Source: an uncultured Hyphomicrobiales bacterium
GTDB lineage: Bacteria > Bacteroidota > Ignavibacteria > Kapaibacteriales > UBA2268
Length of the DNA stretch: 64,000 bases
Direction: 5' to 3'
Assembly: GCA_964413155.1 (NCBI GenBank)
Contig: CAYPRT010000001.1
Location: 102,702-166,701, forward strand
Under the pieces are notes generated by a model. It saw only the letters and a list, made by a program, of their open reading frames with translations. It searched no databases and was not told the origin of the DNA. The stretch's first letter is position 1. Each line of letters starts with the position of its first letter. Positions 1-9,682 of this stretch are shown piece by piece. A program made the position numbers and the translations under genes.

Positions 1-133
<133 letters not shown>

Positions 134-136
134 ACT

Positions 137-3100
137 ATGAGTAAATTTTCTGTCTTAAAACAATTGCTCGAGCAAAGAATTCTGCTTTTAGACGGTGCAA
201 TGGGTACTATGATTCAAAAGTACCGTCTTGACGAAAATGATTTCCGAGGTAAAAGGTTTACAAATCATCCAAAAAATTTAAAAGGGAACAACGATATTCT
301 TGTTTTAACAAGACCGGATATTATCGAAGAAATTCATTTAAAATATCTGGATGCTGGGGCTGATATTATCGAAACAAATACATTCAACGCTAATAAAATT
401 TCACAAAAAGACTATTCCACCGAAGATTTTGTATATGAAATAAATTTCAAAGCGGCTCAAATTGCTCGAAAAGTAGCGGACAAAAAAACACGCGAAAACC
501 CTAATAAACCCCGATTTGTTGCACTTTCGATTGGTCCGACAAACAAAACTTTATCTATTTCCCCTGATGTAACAAATCCAGCCTTTCGCTCAATTACCTT
601 CGATGAGCTTGTGGAAGCTTATTACGAACAAATTAGCGGTGGAGTTGATGGCGGAGCCGATATTCTATTGATAGAAACAGTATTCGATACTTTGAATGCA
701 AAGGCTGCTATTTTTGCAATTGAAGAATATTTTGAAAGAACTGGAAAGGACCCACTACCAGTTATTATTTCTGGTACTATCGTCGACCAAAGTGGAAGAA
801 CTCTTTCAGGACAAACCGTCGAGGCTTTTTACATTTCGATTGCACACACAAAAAACCTGCTTGCCGTAGGTTTGAATTGTGCTCTTGGGGCTCGGCAAAT
901 TCATCCCCATTTAAAGGCTCTTTCGCAAATTGCTGAAGTCTATGTTTCTGTTTATCCAAATGCTGGGTTGCCCAATGAATTTGGTGAATACGACGACAGC
1001 CCAATTTCGATGACCGAAGCAATTGAAAATTTCGCAAAAGAAAACCTTGTAAATATTGTCGGTGGCTGTTGTGGAACTACACCAGACCATATTAAAGAAT
1101 TTGCCAAAGTCGTTCCAAAATACAAACCTCGGAAAATTCCAGAACGTAAGCACTTTCTACAACTTTCTGGATTAGAGCCTTTAATAATAACTCCAGAAAC
1201 TAACTTCGTAAATATCGGAGAAAGAACAAACGTAGCGGGCTCGCGTAAGTTTGCAAATTATATTTTAACTGGCGATTTCGCAAAAGCACTTGAAATTGCT
1301 CGCGAACAAGTTGAAAGTGGGGCACAGATAATCGATATTAATATGGACGAGGGAATGCTCGATAGTGAAAAAGCAATGACAAAATTTTTGCAATTAATTG
1401 CAAGCGAGCCAGAAATTGCAAAAATTCCAATTATGATTGACTCGTCCAAATGGAGTGTTATCGAAGCCGGATTAAAATGCTTACAAGGAAAAGGAATAGT
1501 CAACTCCATTTCTTTGAAAGACGGCGAAGAAGAATTTATACGAAGAGCAAAACAAATTCTAAAATATGGTGCTGCTGTTATAGTAATGGCATTCGACGAA
1601 CGAGGTCAAGCTGTAACTTTTGAACATAAAATAGATGTTTGCCGCCGTGCATACAATATCCTTGTAAACCAAGTTGGATTTCCTCCGCAGGATATTATTT
1701 TCGACCCAAATATTCTTACAATTGGGACTGGAATTGAAGAACACAACAATTACGCAGTTGCATACATCGAAGCAACAAAATGGATAAAAGCCAATCTTCC
1801 CTATGCAAAAGTCAGTGGTGGAGTAAGCAATCTTTCTTTTTCATTTCGGGGGAACGAGGTTGTTCGCCGTGCAATACATTCTGTTTTCCTCTACCACGCA
1901 ATCAAAGCTGGAATGGATATGGGTATTGTTAATCCAGGGCAGTTGGATGTTTACGAGGACATTGAACCTAAACTTCGCGAATTGGTTGAAGATTTAATTT
2001 TAAATCGAAGACCTGATTCAACCGAGAAATTATTGGAATTTGCAAACTCATTAAAAGAATCGAGGTTCGAAAAGAAGGACAAAATAGATGAATGGAGAAA
2101 TCTCCCCGTCGAACAAAGGCTGAAATATTCGTTGATTAAAGGAATAAATACTTTCCTTGAAGTTGATTTGCAAGAAGCTTTGAGCAAATATCCTAATCCT
2201 TTGGATATTATCGAAGGTCCATTGATGGATGGAATGAATGAAGTTGGGAATCTTTTTGGTTCAGGCAAAATGTTTCTCCCACAGGTCGTCAAAACAGCAA
2301 GAGTAATGAAAGAAGCCGTTGCATATCTCGAACCCTACATACAAAAGACATTGAAAAAGCAGACGAGCGAGCCAAAGAAAAATGGAAAAATTCTACTCGC
2401 AACAGTCAAAGGGGATGTTCATGATATTGGGAAGAACATCGTCGGAGTCGTTCTTACCTGTAATAATTTCGATGTAATTGACCTTGGAGTAATGGTTCCA
2501 GCCGAAAAAATACTCGAGGAAGCTAAGAAACACAAAGTCGATATTATTGGGTTAAGTGGTTTAATTACTCCTTCACTCGACGAAATGGTAAATGTTGCAA
2601 AAGAACTCGAACGAGCAAAAATGAGCATTCCGCTTTTGATTGGTGGGGCCACGACCTCCCGAGTACATACTGCTGTTAAAATTGCTCCTTGTTATTCCCA
2701 ACCCGTTATATATGTTCAAGACGCTTCGAAAAGTGTTCCAGTAGCAAACCACCTTGTTAACAAACAGGTTAGCAATGAATTCATTAACAAAATCCGTAGC
2801 GAATACGAAGAAATTCGTGATAATTTCGAAAAGAAACGTGAACAAAACATCATTCCATTTGAAAAAGCAAAGGAAAATAAATTCAAGTTCCGATACGAAG
2901 AAGCAAAAATTATTGAACCAAAATTTATTGGTGTAAAATACTTGCTCGATTACGACCTTGAAGAACTGCGAAGATACATTAATTGGACAGAGTTTTTCCT
3001 TGCGTGGGAAATGAAAGCCCGTTTTCCAAAGATTTTTGAACATCCAGAATTTGGCGAAGAAGCAAAAAAACTTTACAACGAAGCCAATAACTTACTCGAC

Positions 3101-3820
3101 GAAATCATTAAAAATAAATGGTTACAAGCTAATGGGGTTTTTTGTATACTTCCAGCAAATTCAATTGGCGAAGATGTCGAAATTTTCGAGCAAAACTTTA
3201 AAACATATAAAACTACCTTCCATTTTCTCCGTCAACAAACCCGAAAAAATGGAAATAAGCCTAATCTTTCATTAGCTGATTTTATTGCTCCAAAAGGCAA
3301 TGGACATATTGATTTTCTTGGTGCTTTTATTGTTACAGCTGGGATAGGCGAAATAGAACTTGCAGAGAATTTCAAACAAGAACGGGACGACTTTCGTGCA
3401 ATACTAGCCAAAATTCTTGCCGACAGACTTACCGAGGCTTTTGCAGAAAGACTTCACGAGCGAGTTAGAAATGAATTTTGGGGTTATGAAAATTCGAATT
3501 CAAATGTTGATGATTTGTTGAAAGAAAAATATCGTGGGATTCGACCAGCACCAGGCTATCCAGCTTATCCAGACCATACAGAAAAAAAAGTAATTTTTGA
3601 ACTTCTCGATAGAGAACAGAAGCTTGGTGTCGGCCTTACTGAAACCTATTTAATGAACCCTCCTGCCTCGGTTTGTGGTTTGTATTTTGCTCATCCCGAA
3701 GCACGATATTTCCCCGTAGGGAAAATCGACCGAGACCAAGTCCTCGATTATAAGCAAAGAAAAGGAATGAGTCTGGAAGAAGTTGAAAAATGGCTCTCCC
3801 CAATTTTAGCTTATAAGTAA
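137..3820 (+). CDS. metH: Cobalamin-dependent methionine synthase (5-methyltetrahydrofolate-homocysteine methyltransferase), 1227 aa
   Basis: Full four-module architecture: Hcy-binding (GGCCGTTP), pterin-binding, B12-binding DxHxxG ([11 protein letters not shown]), C-terminal AdoMet reactivation domain. ATG start at 137. Confidence 0.95.
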   Translation: MSKFSVLKQLLEQRILLLDGAMGTMIQKYRLDENDFRGKRFTNHPKNLKGNNDILVLTRPDIIEEIHLKYLDAGADIIETNTFNANKISQKDYSTEDFVYEINFKAAQIARKVADKKTRENPNKPRFVALSIGPTNKTLSISPDVTNPAFRSITFDELVEAYYEQISGGVDGGADILLIETVFDTLNAKAAIFAIEEYFERTGKDPLPVIISGTIVDQSGRTLSGQTVEAFYISIAHTKNLLAVGLNCALGARQIHPHLKALSQIAEVYVSVYPNAGLPNEFGEYDDSPISMTEAIENFAKENLVNIVGGCCGTTPDHIKEFAKVVPKYKPRKIPERKHFLQLSGLEPLIITPETNFVNIGERTNVAGSRKFANYILTGDFAKALEIAREQVESGAQIIDINMDEGMLDSEKAMTKFLQLIASEPEIAKIPIMIDSSKWSVIEAGLKCLQGKGIVNSISLKDGEEEFIRRAKQILKYGAAVIVMAFDERGQAVTFEHKIDVCRRAYNILVNQVGFPPQDIIFDPNILTIGTGIEEHNNYAVAYIEATKWIKANLPYAKVSGGVSNLSFSFRGNEVVRRAIHSVFLYHAIKAGMDMGIVNPGQLDVYEDIEPKLRELVEDLILNRRPDSTEKLLEFANSLKESRFEKKDKIDEWRNLPVEQRLKYSLIKGINTFLEVDLQEALSKYPNPLDIIEGPLMDGMNEVGNLFGSGKMFLPQVVKTARVMKEAVAYLEPYIQKTLKKQTSEPKKNGKILLATVKGDVHDIGKNIVGVVLTCNNFDVIDLGVMVPAEKILEEAKKHKVDIIGLSGLITPSLDEMVNVAKELERAKMSIPLLIGGATTSRVHTAVKIAPCYSQPVIYVQDASKSVPVANHLVNKQVSNEFINKIRSEYEEIRDNFEKKREQNIIPFEKAKENKFKFRYEEAKIIEPKFIGVKYLLDYDLEELRRYINWTEFFLAWEMKARFPKIFEHPEFGEEAKKLYNEANNLLDEIIKNKWLQANGVFCILPANSIGEDVEIFEQNFKTYKTTFHFLRQQTRKNGNKPNLSLADFIAPKGNGHIDFLGAFIVTAGIGEIELAENFKQERDDFRAILAKILADRLTEAFAERLHERVRNEFWGYENSNSNVDDLLKEKYRGIRPAPGYPAYPDHTEKKVIFELLDREQKLGVGLTETYLMNPPASVCGLYFAHPEARYFPVGKIDRDQVLDYKQRKGMSLEEVEKWLSPILAYK

Positions 3821-3871
3821 AATATGAAACAATATTGCTCGTTATTCATATTTCAAAATTGAGGACTAAAA

Positions 3872-4120
3872 ATGAATGGAATGCCAAAAGTAGTAATTTT
3901 CACAACGCCAACTTGTTCCTTTTGCAATGCAGCAAAAAGATATTTACGCGAAAAGAAAATACCCTTCAAGGAAGTTGATGTTTCGCGCGATATGGCTGCT
4001 TTCAAAGATATGCAAAGAAGAACTGGCGGAAATACTGGAGTTCCAGTAATTCTTATGAACAATCGTCCAATTATTGGGTTCGATAAAGCCCAAATAGACA
4101 AATTATTAAATATTAAGTAG
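3872..4120 (+). CDS. Glutaredoxin-like small redox protein (NrdH/YruB-like), 82 aa
   Basis: CxxC active site TPTCSFCNAAKRYL near N-terminus, thioredoxin-fold size, GAGGA SD upstream. Confidence 0.7.
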   Translation: MNGMPKVVIFTTPTCSFCNAAKRYLREKKIPFKEVDVSRDMAAFKDMQRRTGGNTGVPVILMNNRPIIGFDKAQIDKLLNIK

Positions 4121-4128
4121 GAGGAATT

Positions 4129-4401
4129 ATGAAAGTAAAACCACTTGATGACCGTTTACTAATCAAACCATTAGAACCAGAAAGCAAGACCGCTGGGGGT
4201 ATAATCATTCCCGACACTGCAAAGGAAAAACCTATTATTGGTGAAGTTGTTGCTGTTGGCACCGATGTCGATTTACAAAGTGTTATCCAAGTTGGCGACA
4301 GAGTAATATTCGCCAAATATGGAGGGGAAGAAATAACAATCGATGGGCAAGAGTATCGCATAGTTCAACGCTCCGATATTCTGGCAATAATCGAGCACTG
4401 A
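4129..4401 (+). CDS. groES: Co-chaperonin GroES (Cpn10) paralog with no cognate groEL, 90 aa
   Basis: MKVKPLDDRLLIKP...[20 protein letters not shown] is typical Cpn10. Strong SD AGGAGG 6 nt upstream. A second groES sits upstream of groEL at 58805. Confidence 0.8.
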   Translation: MKVKPLDDRLLIKPLEPESKTAGGIIIPDTAKEKPIIGEVVAVGTDVDLQSVIQVGDRVIFAKYGGEEITIDGQEYRIVQRSDILAIIEH

Positions 4402-4422
4402 AAATAATAGGGAAAAATTACT

Positions 4423-4452
4423 GGGGATGGGTAATCCCATCCCCAATTTTTG
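4423..4452. terminator. Bidirectional rho-independent terminator hairpin between convergent genes
   Basis: GGGGATGGG-TAAT-CCCATCCCC followed by a T-run on the plus strand, and an A-run upstream that gives a T-run on the minus strand. Confidence 0.5.
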
Positions 4453-4474
4453 TTTATTCAAACAAAACGAAAAG

Positions 4475-5908
4475 TTAAAATCTATATGTAAATTGCAAGC
4501 CGATTTTAATCTGCGAAAGATTCAGTTTATAATTTTTGGCTGGGTCATCGTCGTCGGTTGGATAATTTGTTCGTAAAATTGAATTTGTAGTCAATTGAAA
4601 AGTAGGCTCCAATCGAACATTTGGGGCAACATAAATCGACATACCAAGAGAATAAATATATGTTGTTGCATTAGGTATATCAGCAGTATAAGGTGAAGTA
4701 ATTGAAGAAAAGCTTCCACGAAATTCGAATGGTAAAATTGGCGGGGAATATTGCACCCCGAAGCCCCATTGAACTTGACCAACCAATTCGCGAACAATGC
4801 GAGAATTTAACCTCTCTACTTCTGGTGGTGCATCCGTGAATCGGAGTTGAGTTACGTCAAAATACTCCACACCTGCGGCGAAAATGAAATCGATTACTTT
4901 TATTGAAACTCCTGCAGCGTAGACAAACGGCGTTGTAATTTTGTATGAGTTATATGAATTTTCAACAGGTTCATATGGATTGGGCTTCCAACCATCATCA
5001 AATTGTGCATATGCATCGCGGCGAAACTCCTCTTCTATCTGGTAGAACGTTGGGAATTTCACTGTTGCACCAAATCGAAAGAACTTCTCCAATGTTGCAA
5101 AAACTCCTACCGACCCAGAAATTCCCGATACCTTTTGAGAAAGATTTTCTTTCAAAGTGAAATTGTTAAAATCAATATTATTGTAATTGGCCGAATCGAA
5201 GTAATTGTATTTGTTTAATACATCTACTTCTTTGAACTCTCTATAATAAGTATACTTCCCAAACTTGCCCGATATGGATGCTCCAACTGAAACATTTTCT
5301 GCCACAGAAACTGCAAATCCACCAGTGACATTATGTAAGCCGCCATCTTCATTCACAAATACATTCTGTTGGACAGAATCCTTAATTGGAGTATAAAATT
5401 TGTCGTTTGCAAGCCATAAAAAGTATGGAATATTTGTATTTGTATCTTTTGGTCCAAATTTAGTAAGTGAATTAATAATGGAGCTTTTCGGATTAAAAGC
5501 GCTATAATCAAAGTAGTTCAGAAAGTTGTTTTCGTGGAAATAGCTAATACCCGCAACAACTTTGTTTTGAAACTCACTTACTGGAACTGCAAAACCAAAA
5601 TGGGTTACATAGCTTGAATTCGACCTTCTTTCCAAATTATTAAATAGATACTCTGTTTCGGCAATATTTCTTGTGAAACCCAAACCAATGGAAAGCTCAG
5701 ATTTCCCGATATATAAAATTCCTGCGGGATTGTAAATCAAACCTGAAATATCATCGGAAAGCCCATAGAACGCAACGCCAAAACTCGCAGAACGCGGAGT
5801 AATCATCGAATTCGGCATTGTATAGCGAAGAGCATCTTCAATAAATTGGGCTTTAATTGAAATAGTTGTAATTAACAAAGCTAAAGCAATTTTGAAAGGA
5901 AGTTTCAT
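4475..5908 (-). CDS. Outer-membrane beta-barrel transport protein, FadL/OmpP1/TodX-like (PorV superfamily)
   Basis: Signal peptide MKLPFKIALALLITTISIKAQ. N-terminal motif RSASFGVAFYGLSDDISGLIYNPAGIL resembles the FadL family. Beta-rich with C-terminal aromatic (..TYRF). Start moved to the internal ATG at 5908; the track's 5989 start is an in-frame upstream extension. Confidence 0.55.
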   Translation of the reverse strand: MKLPFKIALALLITTISIKAQFIEDALRYTMPNSMITPRSASFGVAFYGLSDDISGLIYNPAGILYIGKSELSIGLGFTRNIAETEYLFNNLERRSNSSYVTHFGFAVPVSEFQNKVVAGISYFHENNFLNYFDYSAFNPKSSIINSLTKFGPKDTNTNIPYFLWLANDKFYTPIKDSVQQNVFVNEDGGLHNVTGGFAVSVAENVSVGASISGKFGKYTYYREFKEVDVLNKYNYFDSANYNNIDFNNFTLKENLSQKVSGISGSVGVFATLEKFFRFGATVKFPTFYQIEEEFRRDAYAQFDDGWKPNPYEPVENSYNSYKITTPFVYAAGVSIKVIDFIFAAGVEYFDVTQLRFTDAPPEVERLNSRIVRELVGQVQWGFGVQYSPPILPFEFRGSFSSITSPYTADIPNATTYIYSLGMSIYVAPNVRLEPTFQLTTNSILRTNYPTDDDDPAKNYKLNLSQIKIGLQFTYRF

Positions 5909-5912
5909 AATA

Positions 5913-6647
5913 TTACCTTGGTCTTGTTGAACTTCTTTCTTGTTTTGTTGCTGGTTCAGCTTTTGGTGATTCCTTAATTTTTGGAGCATCCGACTTTGGT
6001 GAACTAACTTTTTGGGGTGACTTTTCCCTCAAAGGCTCATCACTTTCATTTGGTCTTACACTTTGCTTTTTCTGTTGTTCAGAACTGCGAGAAGAACTTC
6101 GCGACTCTTTTGTGGGCGATGTTCTATCATCGTATTCGTACCTACCGCGTGAGGGACCAAAATCTCGGACGGTTCGAACTTTGGGCTCGCGAGGTTCTTC
6201 AATTGGAACGTAAATTATATGATTTCTTCGATTCCACCAGTAATAATCCCAATAGGGATAGTGATAAACAACATAGTATTTTGAACGAGAATATTGCATA
6301 CAAACATACCTAAAATCCCAGAATGGGTCGTAATATGGACTCCCCATATACAAGAAAATATCAAAAGTATATGGGTCGTAAAAATCTACAAAACGTGGGT
6401 CATAAGGATAGGGATAATAGTTGTTATATATATAAATGTTTTGTTGCTCAATTTGTTTTTTTCTTTCGTAATCTACCTCATTGGGGGAAGCATAAATATA
6501 AGGTTTATCGTATTTCGATTTTTCTTTCTTTTTAACTTCGGGTACATTATTATAACCGAAGTAATCTTGTCGCGAGTTATTTGTTGAAACACAAGCAGAG
6601 AAAACCAAACTTAAAATGAAAGCCATTAAAAAAAGATTCCTTTTCAT
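5913..6647 (-). CDS. Lipoprotein with extreme Tyr/Pro/Asp/Trp-rich core and Ser/Lys/Glu/Pro-rich disordered tail; function unknown
   Basis: ATG at 6647 preceded by GGAGGG SD. Signal peptide plus lipobox (LVFSAC). Core contains YPYPYDPRFVDFYDPY...HYPYWDYYWW repeats. C-terminal ~80 aa is low-complexity S/K/E/P. A 4-bp gap to the downstream FadL-like gene implies co-transcription. Confidence 0.5.
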   Translation of the reverse strand: MKRNLFLMAFILSLVFSACVSTNNSRQDYFGYNNVPEVKKKEKSKYDKPYIYASPNEVDYERKKQIEQQNIYIYNNYYPYPYDPRFVDFYDPYTFDIFLYMGSPYYDPFWDFRYVCMQYSRSKYYVVYHYPYWDYYWWNRRNHIIYVPIEEPREPKVRTVRDFGPSRGRYEYDDRTSPTKESRSSSRSSEQQKKQSVRPNESDEPLREKSPQKVSSPKSDAPKIKESPKAEPATKQERSSTRPR

Positions 6648-6759
6648 TTTAACCCTCCCAAATGTTTTCAAGCTAATAAACGATATTAAATGGAAATTGT
6701 TTCAACAAATTTTCGAAAATTAAAATCGTCTTTTTCAATTTAGAAAATTGAAATTCTAA

Positions 6760-7863
6760 ATGGCTAAAATAAATAAAAAACGAATACTTGTTGGAATGTC
6801 GGGTGGAGTTGACTCGTCCACGGCCGCTGCAATTTTAAAATCACAAGGATATGAAGTCGTTGGAATTACTGTAACTTCAATAAAGATAACCGACGAGTGC
6901 AAAGTTCAAAACAGCACTTCTGGTTGTTGTAATTATCAATCTATAATTGACGCAAGCGATGTATGTGAATATCTTGGAATTGAGCACCATATTGTCGACC
7001 TTTCCGAAATTTTTCGAGAGAAAATAATCAGCAATTTTATTGACGAATATTTGAAAGGAAGAACGCCGAATCCTTGTTCCCTGTGTAATCCATTAATCAA
7101 ATGGGGCGAAATTTTAAAAAAAGCCGATGAATACGATTGTTATTATTATGCAACAGGACATTACGCCAAAATCGCCCAAGATAACTCTTCTGGAAGATTT
7201 TACATCAAAATGGCTAAAGATAGAACAAAGGACCAATCCTACTTCCTTTGGGGATTAACCCAAGAGCAGCTGAAACGAACCATATTCCCCCTTGGAAACT
7301 ACCTAAAAACTGAAGTCCGAAAACTTGCAAAGGAATTTGGCTTAAAAATTTACAATAAGTTTGAAAGTCAAGAAATTTGTTTTGTTCCTTCGAACAATTA
7401 CCGAGATGTATTAGAAAAATATTCCCACGAAAAGCAAGTATTTTCCGAAGGCGATATTGTTTTTCGCGGAGTTGTTGTCGGGAAACATCGTGGTTATGTA
7501 AACTACACTATTGGTCAACGAAAAGGTTTAGGAATAAGCTACCATCAGCCTTTATACGTTAAAAGAATTATTCCAGATACAAACACAATTGAAGTGGACA
7601 TTGACGAAGGTTTGAAATCTTTTAAGTTACTTGCTGATAATGTCAATTTTATTAAGTATGATTATTTTGATGAAAATAAAGAATACTTAGTTAAAATTCG
7701 ATACAAAGACAACGGAGAGAAAGCTCACTGCCGTATTCTTGACAATGAGAACCTGGAAGTAATTTTCCTAAACCCGCGAAGGGCAATTACGCCAGGACAA
7801 TCCGTAGTAATTTACGAAAATGAAGACCTTGTGGCAGGAGGTATAATATATGCAAGCGAGTAG
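6760..7863 (+). CDS. mnmA: tRNA-specific 2-thiouridylase MnmA
   Basis: PP-loop SGGVDSS, conserved MnmA core, typical length of 367 aa. Confidence 0.9.
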   Translation: MAKINKKRILVGMSGGVDSSTAAAILKSQGYEVVGITVTSIKITDECKVQNSTSGCCNYQSIIDASDVCEYLGIEHHIVDLSEIFREKIISNFIDEYLKGRTPNPCSLCNPLIKWGEILKKADEYDCYYYATGHYAKIAQDNSSGRFYIKMAKDRTKDQSYFLWGLTQEQLKRTIFPLGNYLKTEVRKLAKEFGLKIYNKFESQEICFVPSNNYRDVLEKYSHEKQVFSEGDIVFRGVVVGKHRGYVNYTIGQRKGLGISYHQPLYVKRIIPDTNTIEVDIDEGLKSFKLLADNVNFIKYDYFDENKEYLVKIRYKDNGEKAHCRILDNENLEVIFLNPRRAITPGQSVVIYENEDLVAGGIIYASE

Positions 7864-8755
7864 AAAACCCATCCTTTTCTTTTTGTTATTCATTTTGTTT
7901 TCTTCTGGACAAAATATTCTGGCAGACCAAAAACAAGAAAGCGTAAGTCAACCCGATACCTCTATCTATTGTTTCAAATATTCTTTCGATGCTGGCGATA
8001 CTCTTTTGTATTTGGTGCATTCATATGATAGTATCATTATCGATTATGGTTTACCTTTGCTTAAAATAAGGAACGAAATTTATAGAATTATTTGCGAAAA
8101 AGTAACTAAATACAATTCTTTCATTCTATCAATTGAATTAATTGAGTTTCAAGGAAGAGATTTTCAGGATACAAATTTTGTTGAATACAATGAATCTAAT
8201 TGGAAAAACCGAAAAATCAAGATAGAAATTGATTCTTTGGGAAATAGGTTTAATTTTTGGGTGGACGACTCGACGAAAAGCGGTAGAACACCCGGTGGAC
8301 CATTTCAACCTCATCTTTTCTTTTCCATCAATGAAACCTGTAAAAAAAAGAACGAAACTTGGTTAGTCCGAACCACAGAAGACCTTGTCGAAAATGGAAT
8401 ACCAATTCCACGACTTATCCACTCGATGCTTTTTAAAATGAATGGAGAAGTCGACACACTTGGCGAAAAAGTTGTACGATGCGAATTCGTTCGCACAGGG
8501 CAAGGTTCTCTTCAGCTTCAACAAATGCAAAACAATATGAAGGTAACTACAATCATCAATGCTTATGGTTTTCTTGACATTTCGAAAGAAAAAGGAATAC
8601 CTTTGCACCTATTTACAACCGAGGAACAAAAACTAAGCTTTAAAACAGAAAATACTCAAAGCACCGGAAGACATTATATCCATACAAACTATACTTTGAT
8701 TGAATATCGCAAAGCGCAAAGTTTGATTAAAAAACCAAAAGAAAAAAAGAAGTAA
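7850..8755 (+). CDS. Hypothetical secreted protein (signal peptide), 301 aa
   Basis: N-terminal signal MQASRKPILFFLLFILFSSGQNILA. ATG overlaps the mnmA stop by 14 nt. No recognisable motif. Confidence 0.4.
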   Translation: MQASRKPILFFLLFILFSSGQNILADQKQESVSQPDTSIYCFKYSFDAGDTLLYLVHSYDSIIIDYGLPLLKIRNEIYRIICEKVTKYNSFILSIELIEFQGRDFQDTNFVEYNESNWKNRKIKIEIDSLGNRFNFWVDDSTKSGRTPGGPFQPHLFFSINETCKKKNETWLVRTTEDLVENGIPIPRLIHSMLFKMNGEVDTLGEKVVRCEFVRTGQGSLQLQQMQNNMKVTTIINAYGFLDISKEKGIPLHLFTTEEQKLSFKTENTQSTGRHYIHTNYTLIEYRKAQSLIKKPKEKKK

Positions 8756-8758
8756 TTG

Positions 8759-9682
8759 CTACAATAATTTTTGTTTAAAATAATTGACAGTTTCTTTTAA
8801 TCCTTCTTCGAAGGTGAGAGTTGGAGCCCATCCAGTGAGCCGATGAAACTTCTCGAAAGTAAGACAATTTCGTTGCAACTCCCCAAGTTTTGGTGGACCA
8901 TGGAATTCCTCGACATTTGAACCGGTAATTGCCTTTAATGCATGGAAAACATAGTTAACATCATACTCTTTTCCAGTCCCAATATTAAAAATTCCTATTA
9001 CATTTTCTTGAAGTGCTATCAAATTTGCTCTGACAACATCGCCAATATAGACATAATCACGCGTAGCAGTACCATCGCCATTTATTACAGGTTGCTCGCC
9101 TTTTAGCATTTTACTCGTGAAAATTGCCACAACCCCAGCTTCCCCAAAAGGATTTTGCCGCGGCCCATAAACATTACTATAACGCAAAGCAACAAAATCC
9201 AAATTATAAACTTGCTTGTAGTAATGAAGATAATATTCATTGGTTAGTTTAGAAATCCCGTAAGGAGAAATAGGATTTAAAGGGTGATTTTCATCGGCAG
9301 GGAAATACTTCAACTCCCCATACACAGTTCCGCCAGAAGAAGCGAAAATAATCTTTTTAACATTGCTATGAATAGCTGCTTCGTAGATTCTAAGGCCACC
9401 GATGATATTTGTTTGGGCATCGAAAACAGGGTCATCGACAGAAATTCTGACATTCATTTGAGCAGCGTGGTGATTAATCACATCGAACTTTCGTTCGCAA
9501 ATAATATCGACAACCTTGGGCTCGGTAATATCAAATTCTATAAACTCTGCATTCGGATTTATGTTTTCCCTTAAACCAGTTGAAAGATTATCAATAACAG
9601 TAACCTTATGCCCAGCTTCGATATATGCATCGACAATATGTGAACCAATAAAGCCTGCGCCCCCTGTAACAAGGATTTTCAT
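8759..9682 (-). CDS. NAD-dependent sugar epimerase/dehydratase (UDP-glucose 4-epimerase-like, SDR family)
   Basis: Rossmann motif MKILVTGGAGFIGSH, YxxxK (YGISK). Start set to the ATG at 9682, which has a GGAGGGGAG SD; the track start at 9751 is an upstream extension. ATGA-type overlap with wecB. Confidence 0.8.
   Translation of the reverse strand: MKILVTGGAGFIGSHIVDAYIEAGHKVTVIDNLSTGLRENINPNAEFIEFDITEPKVVDIICERKFDVINHHAAQMNVRISVDDPVFDAQTNIIGGLRIYEAAIHSNVKKIIFASSGGTVYGELKYFPADENHPLNPISPYGISKLTNEYYLHYYKQVYNLDFVALRYSNVYGPRQNPFGEAGVVAIFTSKMLKGEQPVINGDGTATRDYVYIGDVVRANLIALQENVIGIFNIGTGKEYDVNYVFHALKAITGSNVEEFHGPPKLGELQRNCLTFEKFHRLTGWAPTLTFEEGLKETVNYFKQKLL

Noticed and set aside
777-3043. Multiple antisense or alternate-frame ORFs inside metH (777..1037, 911..1153, 1258..1509, 1951..2292, 2573..3043 etc.)
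   Set aside because: They are fully embedded in a 1227-aa conserved CDS, their products are low-complexity, and they have no SD or motifs.
5909-5989. N-terminal 27-aa extension of the FadL-like ORF in the track (start at 5989)
   Set aside because: It overlaps the upstream lipoprotein gene. The internal ATG at 5908 gives a proper signal peptide (MKLPFKIALALL...) and sits 4 bp past the upstream gene's stop.
6648-6671. TTG-initiated extension of the Tyr-rich lipoprotein ORF
   Set aside because: The ATG at 6647 is preceded by a textbook GGAGGG SD and begins the signal peptide. The TTG extension adds 8 residues before it with no SD.
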